DNA of 64,000 bases, taken from contig JAVBPW010000001.1 of NCBI GenBank assembly GCA_031549385.1, forward strand, positions 96,001 through 160,000, written 5' to 3'. A program made the position numbers and the translations under genes. The notes under the pieces are model-generated. The model made no database searches and had not been told where the DNA came from. It saw nothing but the letters and a program-made list of their open reading frames with translations. The stretch comes from Alphaproteobacteria bacterium. Its GTDB lineage: Bacteria > Pseudomonadota > Alphaproteobacteria > Rs-D84 > SZUA-605. Below are positions 9,607 to 18,795 of the stretch, one piece after another (the stretch's first letter is position 1; each line of letters opens with the position of its first letter).

Positions 9607-10201
9607 GCATTCAAGATATTTTGTTATAGCACTTATTATTTATGTGTTACTTACAAAGACAGATACATTATTACTTGGAAACTATCTTCCTGATTTTTTA
9701 AATGATCAATTTGGATTTTTATTAGTTATACTTGGAGCATTAGGCAGATTTTATTCTATGCTTTTTATTGGCGGAAAAAAAGACAGAAAAATTGTTACAG
9801 ATGGACCTTTTTCTGTAGTTAGAAATCCTCTTTATGTATGTTCTTTTATAGCATTAATTGGATTTTTACTTATGCTTGGAAGAATTGATGTAGCAATTGT
9901 AGTTTTACCATTATTTATGTTTTACTACAAAGATACAGTTGCAAGAGAAGAAGCTAATTTGGAAGCTGAATTTGGAAAAGAATATATGGATTATAAAAAG
10001 AAAACTCCTAAATATATTCCTAATTTTAAAATCTGGAAAGCACCAGAATATATTGAAGTTAAAACTTCTGTTATGAGAAAATATTTTATATTCTTATTAT
10101 GTTTTGTAATTGCTATTCCTTTACTACAATGGCTTGAAAAATTCAAAGAAACATACCGTGAATTTGGTTTAATTGATTTAGATAAATTATTAGGTCTATA
10201 A
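9542..10201 (+). CDS. isoprenylcysteine carboxylmethyltransferase (ICMT/PEMT) family membrane protein
   Basis: IVTDGPFSVVRNPLY, REEANLEAEFGKEY..Y...TPKYIP. Confidence 0.88.
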   Translation: MEKHVKQPKQSTLKPRNKKRIKHSRYFVIALIIYVLLTKTDTLLLGNYLPDFLNDQFGFLLVILGALGRFYSMLFIGGKKDRKIVTDGPFSVVRNPLYVCSFIALIGFLLMLGRIDVAIVVLPLFMFYYKDTVAREEANLEAEFGKEYMDYKKKTPKYIPNFKIWKAPEYIEVKTSVMRKYFIFLLCFVIAIPLLQWLEKFKETYREFGLIDLDKLLGL

Positions 10202-10287
10202 TATATAAACAAAATATATAAACTTAATCCCATATGAAAATCTGGGATTTAATTTTGTAAGATTTAGATATTAATTTGAGATAAATT

Positions 10288-10345
10288 ATAACTTATGAAA
10301 TTATTAAAAATAGGTTTTTTAACAATTTAACAAGTTTAATAATAA
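10288..10345 (+). repeat. dispersed element, copy 2
   Basis: ATAACTTATGAAATTATTAAAAA-TAGGT-TTTTTAACA-ATTTAACA-AGTTTAATAATAA. Confidence 0.9.
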
Positions 10346-10380
10346 TCACTTATTTTTGCATTTTATTTTAAATAAAATAA

Positions 10381-10455
<75 letters not shown>

Positions 10456-10498
10456 TTATGACCACATATAATATCTTTTATTTTTAATTTTGCAATTA

Positions 10499-11038
10499 TT
10501 ATATTAGATAGTTTATGTTTTCAAGAGTTGCTTTTGTAGCTCTTATATTAACTGTTATAATAACCATTATATCGTCTTCGTTTTCTTGATTTAATAAATG
10601 AGTTGTATTTATTATTAACTTACTTACATATCTGTCATCATCAAGAAGTGTAAATATTGGTTGGCTTTTATCTATATTTTCCGGGATTTCATGAATATCT
10701 TGTGGACGGCGAAGGCCATCAAGAAGAGTTTTCATTCTGTTATCTATATCAGCACGTGGAGTTTGAGCCAGCTCTGGTAAAAGAAGCTGTATATCCAGTT
10801 CTGCTAATAAATTTAATTCTGGAGTGATTAGGGAAATAAAATCTACACCACCTACTGTTTTTATTATAGATTTTTTATTTTGATCTTTTCTTATATATTG
10901 TTTTAACTCATTATAAGGAGTTATTTCAAAAAGAGTTCTCATTTGTTCACTGAACTTTTCACGAAGATCATGAATATGCTTTGTTCTTTTTTTAGGATTA
11001 ATCTTAACTTGCCCACGATAAACTAATTTAAATTTCAT
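10499..11038 (-). CDS. RusA-like endonuclease-fold protein
   Basis: DIDNRMKTLLDGL matches the RusA DxDNxxKxxxD motif; downstream DDRYVSKL. Confidence 0.55.
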   Translation of the reverse strand: MKFKLVYRGQVKINPKKRTKHIHDLREKFSEQMRTLFEITPYNELKQYIRKDQNKKSIIKTVGGVDFISLITPELNLLAELDIQLLLPELAQTPRADIDNRMKTLLDGLRRPQDIHEIPENIDKSQPIFTLLDDDRYVSKLIINTTHLLNQENEDDIMVIITVNIRATKATLENINYLI

Positions 11039-11423
11039 TTTTTACTTCCTTCATTTTGCATGTTTTTTCTGGAGTTATATATCCATATTCTTTCATTTTT
11101 TTTGTTTTTGAATCTATCGAATAACAATTTTCTTCATTACCATATATTTCATCACCTTCTGGAGTTTTTCCTATATATTTTTCATTTTCCACATGACAGT
11201 CAAATATTGGATCTATGATATAAAATTCCATACCACCACCATTCTTTGCAATAGAAACACAGGTTTTATCTTTATTTCTGATTATTCCATAACCATCTTC
11301 ACGCATTCCAACATATTCATATTCTGGAGTTCCTTTAATTAATCTGGTAATTGGTTTTGATATGCAAATTCCAATTAATATTCCTAATATTAATAATATT
11401 ACTAAAGATATATTTTTTTTCAT
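11028..11423 (-). CDS. membrane-anchored hypothetical protein, paralog A
   Basis: N-terminal TM; shares KYIGKTPxGDEIYGxExxCYxIxSKTKK with its neighbour. Confidence 0.8.
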   Translation of the reverse strand: MKKNISLVILLILGILIGICISKPITRLIKGTPEYEYVGMREDGYGIIRNKDKTCVSIAKNGGGMEFYIIDPIFDCHVENEKYIGKTPEGDEIYGNEENCYSIDSKTKKMKEYGYITPEKTCKMKEVKNEI

Positions 11424-11435
11424 CTAATTTCCTTA

Positions 11436-11795
11436 TTAATTACATCCTATTTCTAAATTTTCGTAAGAATGCTCTATAACTTTTTTAGTTTTAGAATTTA
11501 TAGTATAGCAATCTCCTTCACTTCCATATATTTCATCACCTTGCGGAGTTTTTCCTATATATTTTTCAAATCCCCAATAACAACCATGTGAAGGATCTAA
11601 ATTACCCCCCATTCTGTAACCAAGAGTTTTTGAAATAAGAGTACAAGATTTATCTTTATATCTGATTAAACTATAACCTTCTTCATTTTCCCCAATATAT
11701 TCAAATTCAGGAGGTCCTTTAATTAATCTTATAACTGAGTTTGATATACATATACCTATTAAGATTCCTAAAATTAAAGCTAATATTCTTTTCAT
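11436..11795 (-). CDS. membrane-anchored hypothetical protein, paralog B
   Basis: Tandem duplicate of 11028-11423; AAGGA SD. Confidence 0.8.
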   Translation of the reverse strand: MKRILALILGILIGICISNSVIRLIKGPPEFEYIGENEEGYSLIRYKDKSCTLISKTLGYRMGGNLDPSHGCYWGFEKYIGKTPQGDEIYGSEGDCYTINSKTKKVIEHSYENLEIGCN

Positions 11796-11851
11796 ATTTT
11801 ATCCTTTATTATTTAATGATTATACCATAAAAGAATTGGAAATTGAAGTGC

Positions 11852-11905
11852 CCTATTAAAATGTGAAAAACAGGGTTTTTAACAATTTAACAGGACTAAT
11901 AACAA
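11852..11905 (+). repeat. dispersed element, copy 3
   Basis: CCTATTAAAATGTGAAAAA-CAGGG-TTTTTAACA-ATTTAACA-GGACTAATAACAA; TGTGAAAAA (11862-11870) is an exact reverse TTWTNCACA. Confidence 0.88.
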
Positions 11906-11913
11906 TAATTATT

Positions 11914-14181
11914 TTATTTAAGAATCTCTCTTTTACCTGTCGGAGAGCTTGGAGAAATAATTCCCTCTTCTTCCATACGCTCAATTAAGGAAGCTGCTTT
12001 GTTATAACCTATTCTTAAATGACGTTGGATAAATGATATTGAAACCTTTTGATGCTTTCTCATTATTTCTAATGCTTCTTCATATAAATCATCATCACTA
12101 CCTGAAGAATCTGATGAACCTAACATCTTGCTCATTAATGGGTCTTTCTTTTGTTCTTTTACTACATCTTCTACATAATTAGGTTTTTCTTGTTTACGTA
12201 AGAAGTTTGCTACATCAACTGCTTCTTTTTCTGTTGCAAATGGAGCATGTACTCTTACTGTCTTTTTTCCCGCTTCCATATAAAGCATATCACCTTGTGA
12301 TAATAATTGTTCAGCACCTGATTGACCTAATATTGTTGCTGAATCAATTTTTGATATAGTTTGGAATGCAACACGATGAGGTAAGTTAGATTTAATAACA
12401 CCTGTGATAACGTCTACAGATGGACGTTGAGTTGCTAATATCATATGAATTCCAGCAGCACGAGCTTTTGCTGTTAATCGTTGAATTAATACTTCTACTT
12501 CTTTTCCTGCAGTTGTCATAAGGTCTGCAAGTTCGTCTATGATTATTACTATATATGGTAAAATATTTAATGGAATTTCTGTTTCTTCATAAATAATATT
12601 TCCTGTGTTTACGTCTATTCCTTTTTTAACTTTCTTCTTTAATTTTCTTCCAGCTGATTTTGTTGCTTGTATTTTTTCATTATAACCTTCAATATTTTTT
12701 ACACCCATATGAGCCATATCAGTATAGCGCTTATCCATTTCTGCAACTGCCCATTTCAAAGAATTAATAGCTTGTTGTGGATCGTTTACTATTGGTGTTA
12801 ATAAATGAGGAATATCTTTCCAATCTATGAATTCTACTTCTTTTGGATCAATTAAAATAAACTTACATTGTTCTGGAGTTAGCTTATATATTAATGACAA
12901 AATAACACCGCGCATGAATACAGATTTTCCTGAACCTGTTCGTCCTGCTATTAATAAATGTGGCATCTTTTCAAGTTGAACATATACACCATTTCCTGCA
13001 ATATCTACTCCTAAACAAACTGGAAGTGTATAGGTTAGTTTTTTAAATACTGTTGTATCTAATAAACTTTTTAAATATACGATTTGGCGATTTAAATTTG
13101 GAAGTTCTATACCTATCGAATCGGTTCCTGATAAGGTTGCTATTCTTAATGTGTCAATTTTCATAGCACGTGCTATATCTTCTGTTAAAGATGTTATCTT
13201 TGAAATTTTTATACCTGCTGCTGGTTTATATTCAAATAATGTTACAACCGGACCTGTATGATATGAAGATACATTTCCATTTATTTTAAATGTTTGTAAG
13301 AAACTTTCTAAATTATAACCTATTTGCTTTATAAGTTCTGCATCCATTTGATTGCCTTTGCTTGGCTTTGCTGTTAGCAATTCATATGGCGGAAGTTTAA
13401 ACACTTGTTTGACTGGAGCTTTGTTTGATAAATCTGATGCTTTAACTTTTTCTGGTGTTAAACTATCAAGTAATTTAGAACTTGTTTGAGATAATGGTTC
13501 TTTATTTTCATCAGTTTCATCTGCCACTTCTTTTAATGTGTCATAATCTGGAACAAAATTTCTTTTCTTAGTTTTCTTTTTAAATAAACCTACCAACCAA
13601 TTATTGAATTTCCAAAAATTTGAATAAAACTTTCTTTCAAAATTTAAGAAGTCATCCCAAGTTACTGCAAATGAATAAATTAAACAGAATATAGAAAATG
13701 GTACTATTAATATTGCTAATGGATATATTATATTCATTAAACCCATTTTTTTGAATACAAAAATATATGATGATCCTAGTAAACCACCTAGTGAAAAACC
13801 TGAAAATGCATTTGGCAGAATGTTTGATAGTGTTAATACTAATGGAAATAAAAATAGAAATAATATGAAATATAAAACTCTTATGTAACCTATTGGTTCT
13901 TTTTTTAACATTCTTTTACAAATGAAGTATAAATAAAATGAAATAGCAACAGCACTTATTCCAAAAAATATGTATAAAAATTCTAAACAATAAAATACAT
14001 ACCCCCAAAATGAAGGACTGAATTCTTGAGATGTTAAAAATGGATGATTTTGAAATAAAAATGTAAAAAGAGCAACAAATGTTAATATTGATAATACAAA
14101 TAAGAAGAGAATCGTTATTTTTGATATAACTTTCTTTAAAAAACTTTCATATTCATTAGGTAAGAATTGTTGCTTTGCCAT
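11914..14181 (-). CDS. ftsK: DNA translocase FtsK
   Basis: N-terminal TMs; PHLLIAGRTGSGKS, IIIDELADLM, ARAAGIHMILATQRPSVDVITG; gamma domain IQRHLRIGYNKAA. Confidence 0.97.
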   Translation of the reverse strand: MAKQQFLPNEYESFLKKVISKITILFLFVLSILTFVALFTFLFQNHPFLTSQEFSPSFWGYVFYCLEFLYIFFGISAVAISFYLYFICKRMLKKEPIGYIRVLYFILFLFLFPLVLTLSNILPNAFSGFSLGGLLGSSYIFVFKKMGLMNIIYPLAILIVPFSIFCLIYSFAVTWDDFLNFERKFYSNFWKFNNWLVGLFKKKTKKRNFVPDYDTLKEVADETDENKEPLSQTSSKLLDSLTPEKVKASDLSNKAPVKQVFKLPPYELLTAKPSKGNQMDAELIKQIGYNLESFLQTFKINGNVSSYHTGPVVTLFEYKPAAGIKISKITSLTEDIARAMKIDTLRIATLSGTDSIGIELPNLNRQIVYLKSLLDTTVFKKLTYTLPVCLGVDIAGNGVYVQLEKMPHLLIAGRTGSGKSVFMRGVILSLIYKLTPEQCKFILIDPKEVEFIDWKDIPHLLTPIVNDPQQAINSLKWAVAEMDKRYTDMAHMGVKNIEGYNEKIQATKSAGRKLKKKVKKGIDVNTGNIIYEETEIPLNILPYIVIIIDELADLMTTAGKEVEVLIQRLTAKARAAGIHMILATQRPSVDVITGVIKSNLPHRVAFQTISKIDSATILGQSGAEQLLSQGDMLYMEAGKKTVRVHAPFATEKEAVDVANFLRKQEKPNYVEDVVKEQKKDPLMSKMLGSSDSSGSDDDLYEEALEIMRKHQKVSISFIQRHLRIGYNKAASLIERMEEEGIISPSSPTGKREILK

Positions 14182-14319
14182 GAGATGAATTCTAACACAA
14201 AAGTTAAAAAAATTAAAGTAAATTTGTCTTAATGACTTATTAAATTATTAAAAAGCTTGATTTTTCTTGATAGAGGGTTTATAGTGTCAACACAAATGTA
14301 TAACATATGAGGCAAAACA

Positions 14320-14529
14320 ATGAAAAAAAACGTGCACCCAGAATACCATCAAATTGAAGTTACTACTACTGATGGAAAGAAAGTAAAAATGTTTTCTACT
14401 GTGAAAAAGGACTTAGTTCTTGATACTGACCCTTTAACACATATCGCTTGGACTAAGGTGAAAAAACAAGGTTCTACTAAAGGTCAAGCTGATAAATTTA
14501 ATAAGAAATATGGATCTTTTGGTATATAA
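14320..14529 (+). CDS. rpmE: 50S ribosomal protein L31 (Zn-independent type)
   Basis: MKKNVHPEYH...LDTDPLTHIAWT...KFNKKYG; no Cys. Confidence 0.93.
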   Translation: MKKNVHPEYHQIEVTTTDGKKVKMFSTVKKDLVLDTDPLTHIAWTKVKKQGSTKGQADKFNKKYGSFGI

Positions 14530-14551
14530 TTACTAAAAGCAGCAGAATTTT

Positions 14552-14575
14552 AGCCCAAGTACTTCTTGGGCTTTT
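14552..14575 (+). terminator. intrinsic terminator of rpmE
   Basis: AGCCCAAG-TACTT-CTTGGGCT-TTT. Confidence 0.7.
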
Positions 14576-14663
14576 GTTGTTTATTGAGTTATAATCTGCT
14601 TATATTAAAGCGACTCTTTAAAAATCTTGACAAATGGCTAAAAATTTGATTAAATACCGGTAT

Positions 14664-15218
14664 ATGATAAAAAAAGGACTTGAAAAATTGACTACTCAAA
14701 CTTGGACACCAAAAAAAATAGCAAAATTAAGAGAACTTTGGGATAAAGGACTTTCTACTTCCGAAATTGGAAAAAAACTTGGAGTTACAAAAAACTCTGT
14801 TGTTGGTAAAGCTCATAGATTAGAGCTTGATGCTCGTATGTCACCTATTAAGACACAATCTGATAAAAAAGAAAAAGTTGAAAAAAAATCTAAGAAACCA
14901 GAACTTAAAGTGGTTGAAAAAATTACTCCTAAAAAAGCTGAGCCTAAAATTAAGGTCGTTGAAGAAATCGAAGAAGAAGATTTTGAAATTGAAGAACTTT
15001 CGTCAAAAAAAGGTAAAAAAGACGATCATAAAGGAGTTAATATTACTCAACTTAAACTTGGTATGTGCAGATGGCCTATTGGAGATCCTAAATCAAAAGA
15101 TTTTCATTTTTGTGGAAGACCGACTTTTAAAAGCAAACCATACTGCTTAGAACATACTGTTGTTGCTTATATACCTAAAAATACAAAGGAAAAGAAAGAT
15201 GGAAAGAACTCCGCTTAA
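14664..15218 (+). CDS. gcrA: cell-cycle regulator GcrA
   Basis: WT...LRELWDKGLSTSEIG..LGVTKNSVVGKAHRL; CRWPIGDP...FHFCG...PYCLEH; true start may be TTG at 14688. Confidence 0.93.
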   Translation: MIKKGLEKLTTQTWTPKKIAKLRELWDKGLSTSEIGKKLGVTKNSVVGKAHRLELDARMSPIKTQSDKKEKVEKKSKKPELKVVEKITPKKAEPKIKVVEEIEEEDFEIEELSSKKGKKDDHKGVNITQLKLGMCRWPIGDPKSKDFHFCGRPTFKSKPYCLEHTVVAYIPKNTKEKKDGKNSA

Positions 15219-16683
15219 TACTGGGGATGTGTATTATCAAGAATATAAAAATGAAAGATTTTCTTTCAAAGCATATTTTCACCAAGATAAATTAATTTTT
15301 GTTATTGATGAAACTCAAGATAATATATCACCAAATAAGCGCCTTATCATCAACCCTTTACCTGGTGAAGAAGTTTTAGAAAATGTTACTACTAAATGGG
15401 ATGTTATTTTAGAACAAGTGTATAAACTTGATTTAAATGAGATCAGACCTAAAAAAGATAATCTGTTTGAAAAGTTAGATATTGAATATAACGGACTTAA
15501 TATTTATGAAGATTATATCAATAATCCTTCTAATGAAATATTTGAAAGCCGAATCATTATTAATAAAGAAAAAAATGCTTTAACTAATTGTTTGAAAAGA
15601 CTTTCAGAAGAAACAGAAATTTTAAATAAATCTAAAACAACCGTTGAAATTACTAAAAAAACTTTAACTGTTGCTATTGAACAAACTGCGATAGTTTCTA
15701 ATAAATTGAAAAACTATAAAAAAGATTCATCAAAAACACCTGAACAAGTTAATAAAGTTTCTACTCAAGTTTATAATGCTATTAAAACTGAAAAAATGCG
15801 TGATAAGAGATTAAAGAAAGCTCGAACACGTGTTGAAAAATCTGAAGCTGAAATTAGACATCTTAATACAATACTTCCTATTATAAAAAGTAAGTTAAGC
15901 CAACACCCTAAAATGGAAGTAGACTTTATATATAATAATGACAGATTTTCACAAAGACCTGTTTATGAAGAACCTGTTCAAGAAGAAGAAGCTCCAAAAT
16001 ATGAGCCTAAATACGTTGCACCTGAGGTAGAAAAACCAGTTGCTGCTAATGAAGACATTATGGAAACTTTACGAAGAATCGAAGAAACTATAAATGAAGT
16101 AAAAGTTGAAAAGGAAGATACTCCAAGACCAACTTTTTATCAAATAGAAGAAGAAATAAGAAAAGTTGAACCATATGACTTTAAACAAGAAAACGTTGTT
16201 GAAGAATCTAAAGAAGAACATTTTCCAGGAGATGGACATGCCCATAGTTGGATTATGGATACTTATAATAATGGAAAAGAGGAAAATCTTCCTGTTGTTG
16301 AAGAACCTTATGTACCAGAATACAAACCTGAACCAGTTCCTGAATATAAACCAGAACCACAACCTGTTTATGAAGAACCTGTTTGGGTAAAAGAAGAAAC
16401 TCTTCCTGTTGTTGAGGAACCTATACTTCCTCCTGAGCCTATATATGCTGATCCTATTAAAGAATCTGTACCGGAAGTTGTTAATGTGGTTGTACCTCAA
16501 ATACCTGAAGAAGTAAAAGTTGAAGCGAAAACTCAAAATAAGATTATGGAAGTTGATATAGAACTATGGCTTTATATATTCTTAAGCTTTTTACTTACTA
16601 TATTTATATTTTCTGGTATTTATTTAAATAACAGAAACATTGAAAATCAACAAGATTTTGTTAGTGAAATAGTAGAAAAATAA
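15199..16683 (+). CDS. hypothetical coiled-coil / Pro-Glu-rich protein with C-terminal membrane anchor
   Basis: AAGGA SD before ATG 15199; coiled coil, PEYKPEP / LPVVEEP / PVYEEPV repeats, single TM near the C-terminus. Confidence 0.8.
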   Translation: MERTPLNTGDVYYQEYKNERFSFKAYFHQDKLIFVIDETQDNISPNKRLIINPLPGEEVLENVTTKWDVILEQVYKLDLNEIRPKKDNLFEKLDIEYNGLNIYEDYINNPSNEIFESRIIINKEKNALTNCLKRLSEETEILNKSKTTVEITKKTLTVAIEQTAIVSNKLKNYKKDSSKTPEQVNKVSTQVYNAIKTEKMRDKRLKKARTRVEKSEAEIRHLNTILPIIKSKLSQHPKMEVDFIYNNDRFSQRPVYEEPVQEEEAPKYEPKYVAPEVEKPVAANEDIMETLRRIEETINEVKVEKEDTPRPTFYQIEEEIRKVEPYDFKQENVVEESKEEHFPGDGHAHSWIMDTYNNGKEENLPVVEEPYVPEYKPEPVPEYKPEPQPVYEEPVWVKEETLPVVEEPILPPEPIYADPIKESVPEVVNVVVPQIPEEVKVEAKTQNKIMEVDIELWLYIFLSFLLTIFIFSGIYLNNRNIENQQDFVSEIVEK

Positions 16684-16741
16684 TATACTTGAAAAAACTG
16701 AAAAAATATGTAGTATTTTACCTAAAGGATGAAAAAATAAG

Positions 16742-17023
16742 ATGAAGAGATCTGATTTAGTAGAATTTTTATGGAAAAAAAATAAAGATTTGACCTACAA
16801 TGAAGTTGAAAAAATCGTTCGTGTTACTTTTGCGTTTATGAGCGAAAACTTGAAAGAAAATAATAGGATTGAGTTACGTGGCTTTGGAATATTCGAACCT
16901 CGTAATAAAATAGCTTATTTAGCTCACAATCCAAAGACTGGTGAAAAAATAAATATTTCATCATCTTCTTCAGTGAATTTCAAACTTGGAAAAGATCTTT
17001 TTAAGAGCTTAAATCAAAATTAA
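16742..17023 (+). CDS. ihfB: integration host factor beta / HU family DNA-binding protein
   Basis: MKRSDLV...RIELRGFGIF...AHNPKTGE...FKLGK. Confidence 0.8.
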   Translation: MKRSDLVEFLWKKNKDLTYNEVEKIVRVTFAFMSENLKENNRIELRGFGIFEPRNKIAYLAHNPKTGEKINISSSSSVNFKLGKDLFKSLNQN

Positions 17024-17028
17024 AAAAT

Positions 17029-17871
17029 ATGCCAAATTCAAAATTACCATTATTACCTGATGAAAAACACACCAATCTTGAGAAAGGTTTGTGGATTGTT
17101 TGTAAAAAATGCGGTGAACGTATATTCGCCCCATCTTTTGAAAAAAATTTAAATGTATGTCCTAAGTGTAATTATTATTACCCTATGCGACCTGAACCTC
17201 GTTTCGATATGATGTTTGATGACAGTGAATACACTGTTCTTAGAGATCCTATGTTAAAGGATAATCCTTTGGGGTTTGTTGATACAAAAAGTTATACAGA
17301 ACGTTTGAAAGATTACAGAAAAACAACTGGATACCCTGATGGTGCTAATAGTGCTTTAGGAAACATTAATGGAGTTAAAACTGTTGTTTGGGTTTTAAAT
17401 TTTGACTTTATGGGTGGTTCTATGGGACGATTTGTAGGGGAAAGTTTCTTAAAATCAGTTGAAATGGCTTTAAAAAATAATGCTGCTTTTGTTGCTTTTG
17501 TTGCTTCTGGTGGTGCTCGTATGCAAGAAGGTGTTTTATCTTTGATGCAAATGGCAAGAACTACACTTGGAGTTTCAAATTTGAAAAAAGCTGGTTTACC
17601 TTATATCGTAGTACTTACTAATCCAACTATGGGTGGAGTTACTGCTTCTTTTGCTATGCTTGGCGATGTTGCTATTGCAGAAGAAGGTGCAGAAATTGGT
17701 TTTGCAGGTAAACGTGTTATTGAAAATACTATTAAGAAAAAATTACCGGAAGATTTTCAAACTTCTGAATATTTGCAAAAACACGGAGTAGTCGATATAG
17801 TTATTAAACGTAAAGACGAAAAAGAAGTAATTGGAAATATCTTATCTATTTTAACTAAAAAGAAGGTTTAA
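17029..17871 (+). CDS. accD: acetyl-CoA carboxylase carboxyltransferase beta
   Basis: [13 protein letters not shown] zinc finger, [33 protein letters not shown]. Confidence 0.97.
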   Translation: MPNSKLPLLPDEKHTNLEKGLWIVCKKCGERIFAPSFEKNLNVCPKCNYYYPMRPEPRFDMMFDDSEYTVLRDPMLKDNPLGFVDTKSYTERLKDYRKTTGYPDGANSALGNINGVKTVVWVLNFDFMGGSMGRFVGESFLKSVEMALKNNAAFVAFVASGGARMQEGVLSLMQMARTTLGVSNLKKAGLPYIVVLTNPTMGGVTASFAMLGDVAIAEEGAEIGFAGKRVIENTIKKKLPEDFQTSEYLQKHGVVDIVIKRKDEKEVIGNILSILTKKKV

Positions 17872-17873
17872 AT

Positions 17874-18794
17874 ATGAATTTAACTTTTGAAAAACAAATT
17901 CAAGAAATTGACACTAAAATTGAAAATGTTGATAAAGATAGCCAAGAATATAAAGACTTGGTTGATGAAAAAAATGAAAAATTAAAAGAAGTTTTTTCTA
18001 ATCTTACACCTTGGGATAGAGTTACTATTTCAAGACATTCTGACAGACCTCATACTATTGATTATATCAATCAATTATTTACCGACTTCGTTGAATTAAG
18101 CGGAGATAGATATTTTGGCGATGATAATGCTATTATCGGAGGAATTGCAAGATTTTATGGTACTGAAGTTATGATTATTGGACAAGAAAAAGGTCACGAT
18201 ATTGAAACTAGACAAAAACATAATTTTGGTATGCCGAATCCAGAAGGATACAGAAAAGCTATCAGACTTATGGATCTTGCAGACAGATTTGGATTACCTA
18301 TTATTACTTTTGTTGATACATCGGGAGCATATCCAGGATTAGAAGCTGAAGAAAGAGGACAAGCTGAAGCTATTGCTCGTGCTATTGAAAAATGTTTAGA
18401 CGTTTCTGTTCCACTTATTTCTGTTGTTATTGGTGAAGGTGGAAGTGGTGGAGCTTTGGCTATTTCTGTTGCTAATAAAATTATCATGCTTGAAAATTCA
18501 GTTTACTCTGTTATTTCACCTGAAGGTTGTTCAAGTATTTTATGGAAAGACGCAGATCATAAAGAAACTGCTGCTAATTGCTTGAAGCTTACTGCTCAAG
18601 ATTTATTAAAGTTAAAAGTTATTGACCGAATCGTTAAAGAACCTTTAGGAGGAGCTCATACTAACAGAGAAGAAACTGTTAGACGTGTTAAAAAAGCTAT
18701 TATGGATGAACTTTATTTATTGCAACAATTACCAAGAGAAAAAATTATTGCTCAAAAAGTGAATAAGTTCACAGTTATGACAAAGGAATTCTAA
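17874..18794 (+). CDS. accA: acetyl-CoA carboxylase carboxyltransferase alpha
   Basis: [50 protein letters not shown]. Confidence 0.97.
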   Translation: MNLTFEKQIQEIDTKIENVDKDSQEYKDLVDEKNEKLKEVFSNLTPWDRVTISRHSDRPHTIDYINQLFTDFVELSGDRYFGDDNAIIGGIARFYGTEVMIIGQEKGHDIETRQKHNFGMPNPEGYRKAIRLMDLADRFGLPIITFVDTSGAYPGLEAEERGQAEAIARAIEKCLDVSVPLISVVIGEGGSGGALAISVANKIIMLENSVYSVISPEGCSSILWKDADHKETAANCLKLTAQDLLKLKVIDRIVKEPLGGAHTNREETVRRVKKAIMDELYLLQQLPREKIIAQKVNKFTVMTKEF

Positions 18795-18795
18795 T

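Noticed and set aside
16069-16536. 155-aa antisense ORF and the other short overlapping ORFs in the track (e.g. 40417-41361, 60211-60655, 61121-61459)
   Set aside because: Shadow frames of real genes with F/L/S/I-biased composition and no SD or motifs
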